Source: the human T2T-CHM13v2.0 reference genome, Homo sapiens. From it: a stretch of DNA of 64,000 nt. This document shows, piece after piece, positions 44,204-56,959 of this stretch. The stretch lies in the NCBI RefSeq assembly GCF_009914755.1, contig NC_060947.1; one strand, 5' to 3'. Within the stretch, counting starts at the first letter, position 1; each line of letters starts with the position of its first letter. The notes under the pieces are model-generated. The model did not search any database, had not been told where the DNA came from, and saw only the letters and a program-made list of their open reading frames with translations. The position numbers and the translations under genes are program-made.

Positions 44204-47200
44204 ATATAGTTGGTAGTATTTTGTTAAAGACTTATGTGTCTATATTCATCAGGGATATCAGTTTGTAGTTTTCTTTTTTGTTCTGTCCTTTCCTGGTTTT
44301 GGCATTAGGGTGATGCTGGGTTCATGGAATAATTTAAGATGGATTCCCTCTTTCTCCGTATTGTGGAATCATGTCAATAGGATTGGTATCAATTCTTCTT
44401 GGAATGTCTAATATAATTCAGGTGCGAATTGTGTGGTCCTGGACTTTTTTTTGGTGGCAAGTTTTCATTACCATTTCAATCTTGCTGCTTGTTATTGGTC
44501 TGTTCAGGGCTTCTAATTCTTCCTGGTTTAAGCTAGGAGGGTCGTATCTTTCCAGGACCTTATCCATCTCCTCCAGGTTTTTTAGTTTATGTGTGTAAAG
44601 CTGTTCATAGTAGCCTTGAATGATCTTTTGTATTTCTGTGGTGTTGGTTGTAATATATTCCATTTGATTTCTAATTGAGCTTATTTGGATTTTCTCTCTT
44701 CTTTTCTTGGTTAATCTCACTAATGGTCTATCAATTTTATTTATCTTTTCAAAGAACCGGCTTTGTGTTTCATTTATCTTTTGTATTTTTTTGTTTCAAT
44801 CTCATTTAGTTCTGCTCTGATCTTGGTTATTTCTTTTCTTCTGCTGGGTTTGGGTTTGATTTGTTCTTCTTTCTCTGTTTCCTTGAGGTGTGACCTTAGA
44901 TTGTCTACTTGTGCTCTTTCAGTCTTTTTGATGTAGGCATTTAGGGCCATGAACTTTCCTCTTAGCACCACCTTTGCTGTATCCCACAGATTTTGGTAAG
45001 TTGTGTCACTATTATTGTTTGGTTCAAAGAATTTTTTAATTTCCATCTTGATTTCATTGTTGACCCAGTGATCATTAAGGAACAGATTATTTAATTTCCA
45101 TTATTTGCATGGTTTTGAAGTTTCCTTTTGGAGTTGATTTCCAATTTTATTCCACTGTGATCAGAGAGAACACTTGATAGAATTTTAATTTTCTTAAATT
45201 TATTGAGAATTGTTTTGTGGCCTATCATATAGAATAGCTTGAGGAATATTCTATGCGCTGATGAATAGAATGTATATTCTGCAGATGTTGGGTAGAATGT
45301 TCCATAAATATCTGTTTGTTAAGTCCATTTGTTCTAGGGTATAGTTTAAATCCATTGTTTCTTTGTTGACTTTCTGTCTTGATGGCCTGTCTAGTGCTGT
45401 CGATAGAGTATTGAAGTCCCCCACTGTTATTGTGCTGCTATCATCTCATTTCTTAGGTTTAGTAGTAATTGTTTTGTAAATTTGGGAGCTCCAGTGTTAG
45501 GTGCATATATATTTAGGGTTATGATACTTTCCTGTTGGATGAAGTCTTTTATCATTATATAATGTCCCTCTTTGTCTTTTTAAACTGCTGTTGCTTTAAA
45601 AGCTTGTTTTGTTCAATATATGAATAACTACTCTTGCTCTCTTTTGGTGTCCATTTGCATGTAATGTCTTTTTCCACCTCTTTACCTTAGGTTTATGTAA
45701 GTCCTTTTGCGTTAGGTGAGTCTTGTAAAGACAGCAGAAACGTGATTGGTGAATTCTTATCCATTCTGCCATTCTGTATCTTTTAAGTGGAGCATTTAAG
45801 CCATTTACATTCAATGTTAGCATTGAGATGTGAGGTACTATTCTATTCATCATGCTATTTGTTGAATACCTTGGTGTGTTTTTTTTTTTTGTTTTTTTAA
45901 ATTTACTGTGTTGTTGTTTTATAGGTCCTGTGAGATTTATGCTTTAAGGGGGTTCAGTTTTGATATAGTTTGAGGATTTATTTCAAGATTTACAGCTCCT
46001 TTTAGCAGTTCTTGTAGTGCTGGCTTGGTAGTGGTGTTTTCTTTCAACATTTATTTGCCTGAAAAAGACTATTTTTCCTTCATTTATGAAGCTTAGTTTT
46101 TCTGGGTAGAAAATTATTGGATGATAATTTTTTTTTTTATGGAGGCTAGAGATAGGGCCCCAATCCCTTTTAACTTGTAGGGTTTCTGCTGAAAAATCTG
46201 CTATTAATCTGTTAAGTTTTTAGTTATAGGTTACCTGGTGCTTTTGCCTCACAGGTCTTAGTATTCCTTCCTTTGTTTTGACTTTAGATAACCTGATGAC
46301 TATGTGCCTCGGCAATGATCTTTTTGTGATGAATTTCCCAGGTGCTCTTTGAGCTTCTTGAATTTGGATATCTATATCTCTAGCAAGGCTGGGGAAGTTT
46401 TCCTCAATTATTCCCTAAAATATGTTTTCCAAACTTTTAGATTTCTCTTCTTCCTCAGGAATGCCAAGTATTCATAGATTTGGTCATTTAACACAATCGC
46501 AAACTTCTTGGAGGCTTTGTTCATTTTTTTAAAATTCTTTTTTCTTTGTCTTTGTTGGATTGGGTTATTTCAAAAACCTTGTCTTCGAGCTGTAAAGTTC
46601 TTTCTTCTTGTTCGATTCTATTGCTGAGGCTTTCCAGTGCATTTTCCATTTCTGCAACTGTGTCCTTGATTTCCAGAAGTTGTGATTGTTTTTCATTTAT
46701 GCTATCTATTTCATTGAAGATTTCACCCTTCATATCTTGTATCTTTTTTTTAATTTCATTAAATCAGACCTCACCTTTCTCTGGTGCCTCCTTGATTATC
46801 TTAATAATAATCAATCTTCTGAATTCTTTTTCTGTAAAATCAGGGATTTCTTTTTCATTTGGATTTATTGCTGGAGAGCTACTGTCATTTTTTGAGGGTA
46901 ATAAACTTGCTTTGTCATATTACCAGAATTGTTTTTCTGGTTCCTTCTCATTTGGGTAGGCTATGTCAGAGGGAAGACCTGGGGCTCAAGAGCTGCTGTT
47001 CAGATTATTTTGTCCCATGGGGTGCTCCCTTGATGTAGTACTCCCTCCCTTTTCCTAGGGATGTGGCTTCCTGCAAGGTGAACTGTAGTAATTGTTTTTT
47101 TCTCTTCTAAATCTAGCCACCTAGCGGGACTATCAGGTTCCAGGTTGGTAGGCATCTGCACAGACTGGTGTGTCTGCACAGAGTCCTGTGATGTGACCCA

Positions 47201-48360
47201 TCTTCAGGTCTCTCAGCTGTGGATAGCAGCACCTGGCCTGGTGGAGGTGTTAGGGGAGTAAAATGGACACTGTGAGGGTCTTTAGTTGTATCATTGTTGT
47301 TTATTACACTAGTTTTGTGCTGGTTGACATCCTGCCAGGAGGTGGCGCTTTCAAGAAAGCATCAGCTGTGATAGTATAGGGAGGATCAGATGGTGGGTGG
47401 GGCCCTAGAACTCCCAAGACAATATGACCTTTGTCTTCAGCTACCAGGGTGGGTAGAGAAAGACAATCAGGTGGGGGCAGGGTTAGGTGTGTCTGAGCTC
47501 AGATTCTTCTTGGGTGGGGCTTGCCCTAGCTGCTTTGGGGGATGGGGTTGTGGTTCCCAAGTCAATGAAGTTATGTTCCCAGGAGGATTATGGCTTCCTC
47601 TGCTGTGTCATGCAGGTTGCCAGGGAAGTGGGGAAAGCCAGCAGTACAGGCCTCACCTAGCTCCCTTGGAATACAAAAGGCTGGTCTCATTCCCACCATG
47701 CCCCCGCCACCAACAGCACAAAGTTTGTTTGCAGGCAGTGGGTGAGCAGGAAGCAAGCAGGGCTTCAGATTTCACACCTCCCCACCTGCCCATGTTTGCA
47801 CTCCAGATTTACCCCCTTCCTCGAGTTCTGTCTAGGAAACTCTGCATTTGGTTGGAATTCTTAACAAAGTTGAGCTGGAGATTTCTTTCTCCCTGTGATC
47901 TTTTCCCAGTTCCTCTGGCAGCCCTTCCAAAGGACCACTGTGATATAAAATCAAAAATGACTTCCCTGGGGACCCAGAGAGCCCACAGGAATCTTCCCAC
48001 TGCTTCCTCTACTCCTGTATTTTGCTTGGCTCTCTAAATTATCTCAGCCCCAGGTAAGGTCGAATTTTTCTTTTGTGATCTGGACCTTCAGATTCCCCAG
48101 TGAGGGTGTGTGTTCGGAGGCAGACAATCCCCCTTTCCCACTTTCACACTTGGGCACTCACAGTATTTGGGCTGTCTCCCAGGTCCTGCAGGAGCAATCC
48201 ACTTCCTTCAAAGTAGCTGTGGATTCTCTTGGCTTTCCTGGTATGTGCCTGTAATAGTTTTTGGAGCAAAAGTTCACAATGTGAATTTCCACACCCTGCT
48301 CTGTTCATTTGAGTGGGAGCTGCAATTTAGTCCTGCCTCCTGTCTGCCTTTTTCCCCTGC
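43768..48360 (-). mobile_element. L1PB1-like LINE-1 with both ends and a ~2-kb ORF2 deletion
   Basis: Antisense L1PB 3'UTR. ORF2 pieces 44418..44720, 44774..45046 and 45596..45853 (TLNVNGLNAPLKR), ORF1 piece 46521..46733, and 5' end tagtcctgcctcctgtctgcc. Imperfect TSD ataagtttttt (43757) / ataagtcattt (48361). Confidence 0.9.
44163..44198. repeat. (TG)18 microsatellite
   Basis: Seen directly in the sequence. Confidence 0.95.
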
Positions 48361-49640
48361 ATAAGTCATTTAAATCTTTGTTCCCCTGTATGTCATTTTT
48401 CTCTAGCTACTTTCAAGAATTTTTCTTTACTTTCATTTTCAAAAGTTTGATTATGGTGTGTCTAGGCATATTCCTATTTGAATTTGTTTTGTTTGGGGTC
48501 TGATGAGCTTCTTAAATCTACAAATGTCTGTATTTTACTAAATTTGGGAAAATTTGTCTCATTATTTATTCATATAGTTGTTGCATGTCAATTGTTTTTT
48601 GCTTTTATTCTGGTACTCCCAATGACATATATGTCATGCTATTTGGTATTATTCTACAAATACCAGAAGCTCTGTTCAATATTCATTATTTTTTTCTCTG
48701 TTCCTGAGATTGTATATTTTCTATTGCTCTATCTTTAAATTAATTGACTCTTCCCTGTCATATCCATTGTACTACTGAATCCCCATCCAATGATTTTAAA
48801 ATTTCAGGTATTATAGTTTTCAATTCTAGAAGGTCTATTTAATTATATTTTATAGCTTATATTTCTGTTGAGAACTTTTTCTTCCTATATACTTCAAATA
48901 TATTTACCTTTACCTCATGGAACACAGTTAAAATATCTGGTTGAAAATTAATTTTTCCCCAATATTTAGGTCATCTGGTGATTGGCATCTGATGGTCATC
49001 ATTTTTCTTAAGAATTGATCACATTTCCTCTGGTTCTTTGTATGTTGGGTAATTTTAAATTGTATTACGTACATGTGTTCTGGTATACAGACTCTGAGCC
49101 CTGTTATAGTGTTCTGAAGGGTTATTTTATTTTTGTTTGTTTTGTATATTAACCCAGTTAGGTTCAAATTGCAGTTTCTGTGTTACCTGCTACGTGGTTT
49201 CAATCTCAGTTCAGTCTTCTAGCTAGGCCTTTGCTGTTCTGGTTTTGGTTGGGTGCACACATGCATAGCCCAAGAATGATCCTAAGATTATGTGGGTTTA
49301 TATACAGAATTAGGAAATCCCTTTCTTTGCTTCTCTTCTCTCCAGGGTTCTCCTTACACTCTATAACCCCAATGTTCTCTTTCCTGATTTCTCTAGCCAG
49401 TAAGATGAGCTTTCTATGGGAATAGTCTACACTATTTTATAGTTTTAAAAACAGCCTACTCTCAGGGCAATTCTGTAAGATAAAAGTTATTTTTAAAACT
49501 CCGAAATTCAAACCCTTGTGGGTTATTTCTCTAAATTTACTTCCCTCCACAATCTGCCTGCCATTATTTATTCTTTGAAGTCCTCAGGTAGTTGGTTTTC
49601 TCTGTGTTTTGTCCAGTTTTTAGTTGTAATCAGCAGGATT
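48361..49640 (-). mobile_element. Old L1M ORF1/5' region, host of L1PB1; a small left part lies at about 43655-43720
   Basis: Antisense ORF1-like text (attctactgtcttctggcctcc at left; tttgattatggtgtgtctagg...tctgatgagcttctt at right). Confidence 0.6.
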
Positions 49641-50009
49641 TTGACATAGCAAGACAAAACAGACCTCATTTGTCTTTTTTTAAAAATCATAATCATGTTA
49701 AAGTATTTGTCAAACTGTCCCATAATATGATATTTGCTAATTATCAATTATGTTGGTTCTCTTTATTGCTAAAAGTTTTCCTCAGTATTTTGGAATTTTG
49801 TTTTGTAAACTCATTATGAGAGAGTAGTTTTAGTTATCTGTCTTTTTCTCTCTCTCATTTGATTGATGGAATCTATAACTTAAAGTCTATGAACTATTCA
49901 ATGAACATTCACATAAGTGTAGTACTTCTATACTATTACCAATAGTAATATTAGCTAACATTTGTATATCTTTTACTATCTACCAGGTTCTAGTTGAAAT
50001 GCTTTACAT

Positions 50010-50785
50010 CAAATTTTTGCATTTTAGAGTAATGTTTTATATATCTGCAAAATATTGTGCTGGGATTTTGATAGAAATTGCATTAATCTATAGATCATTT
50101 GGGAAAACTGGCATCTTTACTATGTTCAGTGTTTAGTGAACACAGTATGTCTCATCATTTATTTAGATCACCTTTGATTTGTTTCAACAGAATTTTATAC
50201 TTGCCATTGTACAAGTTCTGCACATTTTTTGCTAGATTTATACCTGAGTATTTCAGTTTTTGAGTGATTATAAATAATGTCATGTTTTATCTTTTGGTTT
50301 CCATGTGTTAATTGCTAGTATATAAAAATACAATTAATTTTGGTTATTTGTACCTTGTGAATGTGCTGACCTCAGTTATTTGTAAAAGTTATTTGGGGGA
50401 GCATTTTTTTTTGTTATGTTTTTTGGGATTTTCAATATAGACCATCATGTCATCTGCAAATAGGGATGGTTTTATTTCTTTCTTTTCAATGTATATGCCT
50501 TTTATTTTATTTTCTTGCTTTATTCCACTGGCTAGAACTTCCAGTACTATGTTAAGTAAGAGTGGTGTTTCAAGGTATCCTTATTTAGTTCCTGATCTTA
50601 GGGCAAAAGCATTCAATCTTTGATTATTAAGTATTGTGGTGGCTGGAGGGTTTTTGTAGATGAACTTTATCAAGTCGAAGAAGTTCTCCTTTATTTCTAG
50701 TTTGCTCAGTTTTTGTCATGAGTGGCTGTTAAATATTGTCACATCCTTTTTGCCTTGATTGATATGATCATGTGATTTTTCTACC
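50010..50785 (-). mobile_element. L1M ORF2 fragment
   Basis: gggattttgatagaaattgcattaatctatagatc; atcatgtcatctgcaaatag (antisense of the FADD motif); ctggctagaacttccagtact. Confidence 0.85.
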
Positions 50786-50987
50786 CATTTTAAAACACAA
50801 TGGTACATGAACATCCAAATTTGGTGAAGATAAATTAGAGAAAAATCATTTGTTTGACCAAACAATTGAATTCTTTAGTAAAAAAGTCTTCTAGGGCATT
50901 TAAAATTTGATGTTTTTATTTTATCCTTTTTAGCAGCATATCGACTATATAAATCCAGCTATACTTATTCATTATTACTGCCTACAT

Positions 50988-51026
50988 TTTCTGGAATTTT
51001 CTAGAACATGTAGAATTTTCTAGAAC
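50988..51026. promoter_or_regulatory. Candidate heat-shock element (4 + 3 perfect inverted nGAAn units)
   Basis: tTTCt gGAAt tTTCt aGAAc atgt aGAAt tTTCt aGAAc. Motif match only; binding is not shown. Confidence 0.5.
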
Positions 51027-51619
51027 ATGACTTACAAAAGGATTTTGGATTGCTTCTGAATGTAAAAACCCATCACAGATATATAATTTGGAGATCAAAA
51101 TTTTGAACATTGAAATGGGTTATGGATTTGCCAGAATAGAATATTTGAAATAAAACCACTCCAGAAAAATCTATGACTTATAGGGACATCATTACTAGGA
51201 CCCACAAGAACCAAATGACAGACACTAAGGAGTAGCTCTTATTCTCACTGCCTTTTTATGAAGATTCTGCCTACTCTTGTGGTATATTAGGTTACCCACT
51301 GGAAATGGTTGCTACTTGCCCTGCAGTCTGTAATGCAACCACATTTTTCTTTTTAACATCCAGGCTAGAACTAGTTCTATCAATACAATGTTAGAACTGA
51401 GTTTTGGCTTTTTTTTCTTCTGTATCCTTTTTTTTTCCTTTTCTTTTTTTAGGTTGAGTGAGTTTCTACTTTTCAGGTTAGGGTGATAAATAACCCATGT
51501 TCACAAAATAGGGCATAGAAAGCAATGCCATAATAGTTTTGTGTCTTATAATTCACCTAAAATTTACAACATATGAATGTTTTGTCTTTCTAGTGTAAAT
51601 AGACAGCATATCTCTAGAC

Positions 51620-51803
51620 CTGTGGTTATCAAAAGAGCGTGTGTTAGAATCACCGGACAGACTTATGAACAAACGAAATGCTGGGCCCCATCTCCAGTGT
51701 TCTGACTCTGTAGGTCTGGAGTGGGGCTGAAGATTTGCCTTTCCAACGAGTTCCAAGTGATGCTGAGGCTGCTTCTCTGGGGACTATATTTTGAGAACTA
51801 CTG
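51620..51803. mobile_element. MER5A
   Basis: ctgtggttatcaaa...agaatcacc...ctgggcccca...ttctgactctgtaggtctgg...ttttgagaactactg. Confidence 0.85.
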
Positions 51804-51829
51804 AACTACCATTCTAGGAGGGTGGGAAA

Positions 51830-52010
51830 ATGGGTTTTCATCTTGGAGCACAAATTATTTGCATGAATTTAAGCAAGTCATGAATATTCTATTCTTCAGT
51901 TTCTTCATCTGATAAATAAGATCAATAATACCAGTTCAGCCTACTTTGTTGAGTTCTTGGGAGGAGCCAGTAGAATAATGTATAAGAAAGTGCTTTTGAA
52001 AATTAAAAGA
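51830..52010 (+). mobile_element. MIR
   Basis: aagcaagtca...cttcagtttcttcatctgataaataagatcaataatacc. Confidence 0.65.
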
Positions 52011-53407
52011 AACACTTGTGTGAAATTGTTAATGTTTTCAGAGATGTAATGATGATGTAAGAAATATTCGCTCAAGAATACCATGGCTCACACACAATAT
52101 TTGCAATTTTATTTCCTTCATATTTTTCCCTCTCTTTACACTTTTAAAGCACATTAGTGCTTGCCTTCTGGTTATTGACAAGCAGCAGGTAAGTGGTTGG
52201 TGAATCAATAAATTCTTTGGCCTTGAGTCTCAGGCTCTGCTTTTTTCCACCTATGGTCGCTGGGTATCCCTCTCTTTTTTTCCTAATGCTTATTGTAGAA
52301 ATATTTCACAGGAAATGGGGTGACACTAAGCCTCAAGATATTGTTTCTTTTTCCTAAACAAACACTTTTATCACTAGGGGACAATCTTTCCTTAGTTGAT
52401 GACATATTAGTTGATATAAATAAAGGTGTTCCTGTTAGGCTAGCCCCTTCAGCTATTCAGGTTTCCTGCCTATAAATCAGTGAAAGATGCAATTTGAACT
52501 TGATTGCTTAGAAAGACACAAAGGCAGAGAGGATGGGTTGCACTTCAACACCGAAAATTAAAGGACAAGCTTGCTGTCAAAGCCAGACCACTAGCTTCAT
52601 TTGATCTATTGGTTTTAAGCTAAAGGGAGGCTCGAAGAAGGAGTGGTTACCTCATACCAACAGCTAATAAGGAAACATTTTCAGCATTTTTTATTTGTAC
52701 CAAATGTAATAATGGAGTGGTGGGGTTCTTTTGGTACAACAATCATTTCTTTCATTTGAATGCTAATTACATTCTCAATGTATGAATTAATTATAACTTC
52801 TATTGACTATGTTGATATTGTTTAGAAAAATCATCTCTCAGATCAGATGAAAAGTTTTCCCTGTGTATGAAAGGCTCAAGTGACTTGTTCTGCATATGGC
52901 ATTAATATTCCTTGATGTAAGCTACATAAAACATTAAAACCCAATTAAACTCAGAAAGGGGGCCAGCCCTGCTGACTTATTTATTTAAAGCCAAGGGAGT
53001 GGAAATCCCTTTTCTTGTTGTATGTGTAGATAAAGACATATGTCTTCCCCACTCCCCATGCCTATTTGGAGCATATTTAAAGATTTCATCAAATTTACCT
53101 AAAATTATTATCTTCAAAGCTAGAGCAAGATTTATTAAACCCTGAAGTGTTTGAGCAAAGGCAGTAATTTTTGAGAGCTTTGACTAAAGCTGTTTTGAGC
53201 ATTCCCCGTGCCAGAGAGCTCCCAAAATGTAGGAAGAAAAGCTAAGAGTAAATGAGAATTGACACTTTCTGCATAGATCTTGTTCAAAAAGCTAGAGGAT
53301 TTTCAGGTGCTTCATTGCTCCTTCTTGCTTTCTCCCCTTGGGGACTGAAGTGTAGTGTAAAGCAGCCTATGGTGTGGGGAACTAAAATGTAAGGAAATCC
53401 ATGATGA

Positions 53408-53666
53408 GGCCAGGATGGGAGGATTGCTTGAGCCCAGGTGTTCGAGACCAGCCTGGGCAACAAAGGAAGAACTCCATCTCTACAAATAATTAAAAAATTA
53501 GCTAGGCATGGTGGCACACACGGGTAGTCCCAGCTACTTGGGAGGCTGAGGTGGGAGGATCACCTGATCCCAGGAGGTCAAGGCTGCAGCCATGATCACA
53601 CCACTACACTACAGCCTGGACAACAGAGCAAGGCCCTGTCTCAAAAAAAAAAAAACAAAAAAGAAA
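53408..53666 (+). mobile_element. 5'-truncated AluJ
   Basis: J diagnostics ggattgcttgagcccagg and ggaggtcaaggctgcag. 13-bp TSD AAATCCATGATGA (53395-53407, 53667-53679). Confidence 0.93.
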
Positions 53667-53830
53667 AAATCCATGATGATAATTAACCATGAATCATGCT
53701 TCTAGAAGAAAGACCATAGAATTTAGTTATCATTTGTTATCATTCCTTTATGGGCCAAAGAGATTCCTAGCCTGAGAAGAAGAGTTGGGACAAAGTCTAT
53801 ATTCTGATTCCTAAATGCATACATACATAA

Positions 53831-53832
<2 letters not shown>

Positions 53833-53862
<30 letters not shown>
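53833..53862. repeat. (AC)15 microsatellite
   Basis: Seen directly in the sequence. Confidence 0.95.
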
Positions 53863-53867
<5 letters not shown>

Positions 53868-53871
53868 ATAT

Positions 53872-54300
53872 CTTATTCATTTATTAATTCATTTGACAAA
53901 TATTTATTAAATGCCTACCATGTGTCAAGCAATGTTTTAGGTACAGAATATACAGTAGTGGGTAAAAAATCCCTAATCCTAAGAAGCTTACACTAGTGGA
54001 AGGAGGTAAAAAATAAGCAAAAAAGTAAGTAAATTTGGAATGTGTCACATGGTGTGATGTGCAAAGGAGAAAAAACATGCAGGGTGGGAGGGACAGGCAA
54101 ACAGGGAGAATGGGAATACAGTTACTGTTTTATTTAAAGTGGTGGGGAAATGCCTCACCTATGAGGAGGGAAAAGGGTGCTCCCAGAACAATCTTCTGGA
54201 TGGGAGTGTTCTTGGCATGAATGCAAATAATAAAGAGGTCAGAGAGGCTGGAGAAAAGTGAATGAGTGGGAGAGTGGAAGGAGATGAGATCAGAGAAGTA
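53872..54300 (-). mobile_element. L2a 3' portion
   Basis: ttcatttgacaaatatttattaaatgcctaccatgtgtcaagc...ggagatgagatcagagaagta. Confidence 0.8.
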
Positions 54301-54933
54301 GTGTGTATGTGTTTGTGTGTGTGTGTGTGTGTGATGTTAAAATGTCCCCACTAAATATAATAATAATGATAGTAGGTGCAATTCTTTTAAAATACACTTA
54401 ATTGGCAAAATAAAAAGTCAATGGCTCTTTTTTGGCCCCATGCATTGCCTTTTTGTTAATTTTCCTCTTTAAGACATGCAGGTCTGGAAACCACCACTTG
54501 AAGCAATGCAAGCTGAATAAGGTGCAGTTGCTGTCGCTGAGAATCCAAAAAAGTAATGTGAAGGAATAAAATCAGGACACAAAGTTGAGGCCTGATATGA
54601 GGGACAATATTGGAGAAATACAATGTGTCATGCATGGGAGTACATAGAGGACAGGGAAGTGGTGGGTGGCTGGTGAACCAAGAAAATCTTCATGAAGTCT
54701 GAATTTTGAAATAGGCATGAAAGAAGAGAGATTTTGAGAGTTAGGGAGAATATTCCAGTCAGAGGACACACAGCAATAAATATGTAAGGAGGCTGGAAAA
54801 TACGAATTGAATAAAGAAGCCAGCATCTAGAAGTCTAGCTTAGTTGTGTTTTTAAGGGATGCATACAGAATGTACTGAGAAAGAATGGCTGAAAGGCAAA
54901 TTGAGGTCCAATGGCAAAGGACTAAATGAATGA

Positions 54934-55463
54934 TTTCATGGTTTTAAAACATGGTCACAAAATCTTTAACATTCCTCCTATCAAGAGGTGAAGTTTCTGT
55001 CTCTTTCCCTTCAATTATGTGACAACATACAGCAAAATTTACAAGGTCATAAAAGGTCATATAGTTTCCTCCATGTTTGCTCTTGGATCTTTAAGATATT
55101 ATGTAAGAATATCATGTAAGAAATCCAACTACTCTGAGGTTACCATACCCTGAAGAAACTCAAGCCACATGAAGAGGCTGCTTGGGGGCTTTCTGACCAA
55201 CAGTCCTAACTTAACCCGGGATTTGAATCATTCCAGCCCAGGTGCCAGGCTTGTGAGTAAACAAACCTTCAGATGATTCCAACCCCCAGCTGTTAAGTCA
55301 CCCCCAGCCTTCAAGTCTTCTCAGCTGAGGCCAAAGATATCATAAAGCAGATATAAGCCATCTTCACTATGCCCTCTTCAAATCCCTGATCCATGGAATC
55401 AGTGGTTGTTTTAAATCACTGAGTCTGCAGTAATTTGTTCCACAGTAATGGATACTTGGAACA
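54934..55463 (+). mobile_element. MLT1 (G/H-like) MaLR solo LTR, inside an L2 relic
   Basis: ggttttaaaacatggtcacaaaatctttaacattcctcctatcaagaggtg; ends gtaatttgttccacagtaatggatacttggaaCA. Confidence 0.8.
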
Positions 55464-55699
55464 AATGGGACTGAAGAATATAACTGGGAAGCAGATATCA
55501 TCCTGGAGGCTTTAGTGATGGTATGTGTAAGAGACATCTCCACCTCTACGGTATCTAGTTCAGGGATTGGGACACCAGGCAGAAAATGTGATCCATGGGC
55601 TCTTGTACCATATTTTAAGTGAGCCTCACTCACTTTACTGGAGTTTGGAGTTTTACTATTTCTTTGAAGTACGTGGACTAGACAAGGGTGATGAAAAAA

Positions 55700-56640
55700 T
55701 TGGCTGCAAATATCTTTGTGACTTAGGAACAGGGATTGATTTCTTTAAAAAACACAAATCACATAGCAAGAACATCAAAATCAGGAACATTATGGACAAA
55801 GTTATTGTAAGTTAAAAAATAAGAAAAGGTATTTGTCTAAAACTAACATAAAATTAATATCCAGAACATATAAGCAATTCCAGCAAATAAACAAAAAGGA
55901 TAATAATTCTCATAGAAAATTGGGCAAAAATATCCATAAAATTTACAGAATAAAATATTCTAAAAGCCAAGAAGCATATGTGTGATAAAAATCAAGAGTA
56001 ATCAGAGAAATGAATATGAAAACAATAATGAGAATCCACTTTGTACCTGGCTGACAAAAATTAGGAAACTTGGTAATGTTAAGTGTTGTTGGAGATATAA
56101 GAATGCACTATTGCTGGTTTGAGTGAGCACCAGAGCGGCCACTATGTTGGAGAGCAATTTGGTACTGCTTAGGATAAGTACGTTAGTTTAAGTACACTGC
56201 GGCCTGGTAATTTTTTTTACCTGCGATTAATCTGAAAACATTCTCACGCAATTCCACAAGGGAAAATATATGAGGTTGCTTATTAGAGTATCACAGTCAT
56301 AATGAGTTGCCGACTACCTGGGTGTCAATCACTGGGAGACTGGAGGAAAAGAATGTGGTGGATACTTATTGTGGAATATTATGGGACAAGTAGAAATAAG
56401 AATTTAGAACATGTATGGATCCTAAAAACATAGTGTAAAGTGAAAAAAAAAGTAACAAAAGAATGAGACATATAACAGAGTATTGGTTTCAGAAATCAAA
56501 ATTTCATCAATACAAAATGATGATACCCATTTTACAAGAGCATTCAAAAACAATTAAGAAAATAGTTGCTGATGGATGGGTAGTGGGGGTGAGTAAGAAA
56601 TGCAAAAAGAATAAATAAGTAAAGAAAATAAAAGAAGAGC
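55700..56640 (+). mobile_element. L1ME-like 3' fragment
   Basis: Degenerate ORF2 C-terminus motifs (aattaatatccagaacatataagcaattc; aaaacaataatgaga; ttggagagcaatttgg). Confidence 0.65.
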
Positions 56641-56959
56641 CATACACAAACCAGTAATGATGATGTGTCCTGAACTGAAAGGTATGATGAATGTACCCTT
56701 CTGCCCCTGAGATCCAGATATCATAAATACAAACCAATAAACTCAGATAAAAGCTTCTGGAGTCTCTGACTATTCTGAATTGTTTTAAATACTTCCTGGA
56801 ATCTGGTTCTTTTGTCCTCTCTACGTTTCTCTATGAACATACACAATCAAGTCAGACTAACAGGTGTGGGTTACTCATGTGCTATATATTTTTATCAGGA
56901 AATGTCATTACAGCTCATTTGGCAATTTCTGATTCTGTACCTTGATTCAAGTGACTTAA

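Noticed and set aside
47390-48037. 215-aa + strand ORF
   Set aside because: It lies antisense in the GC-richer L1PB 5'UTR and has no recognisable domain, so it is probably a chance ORF.
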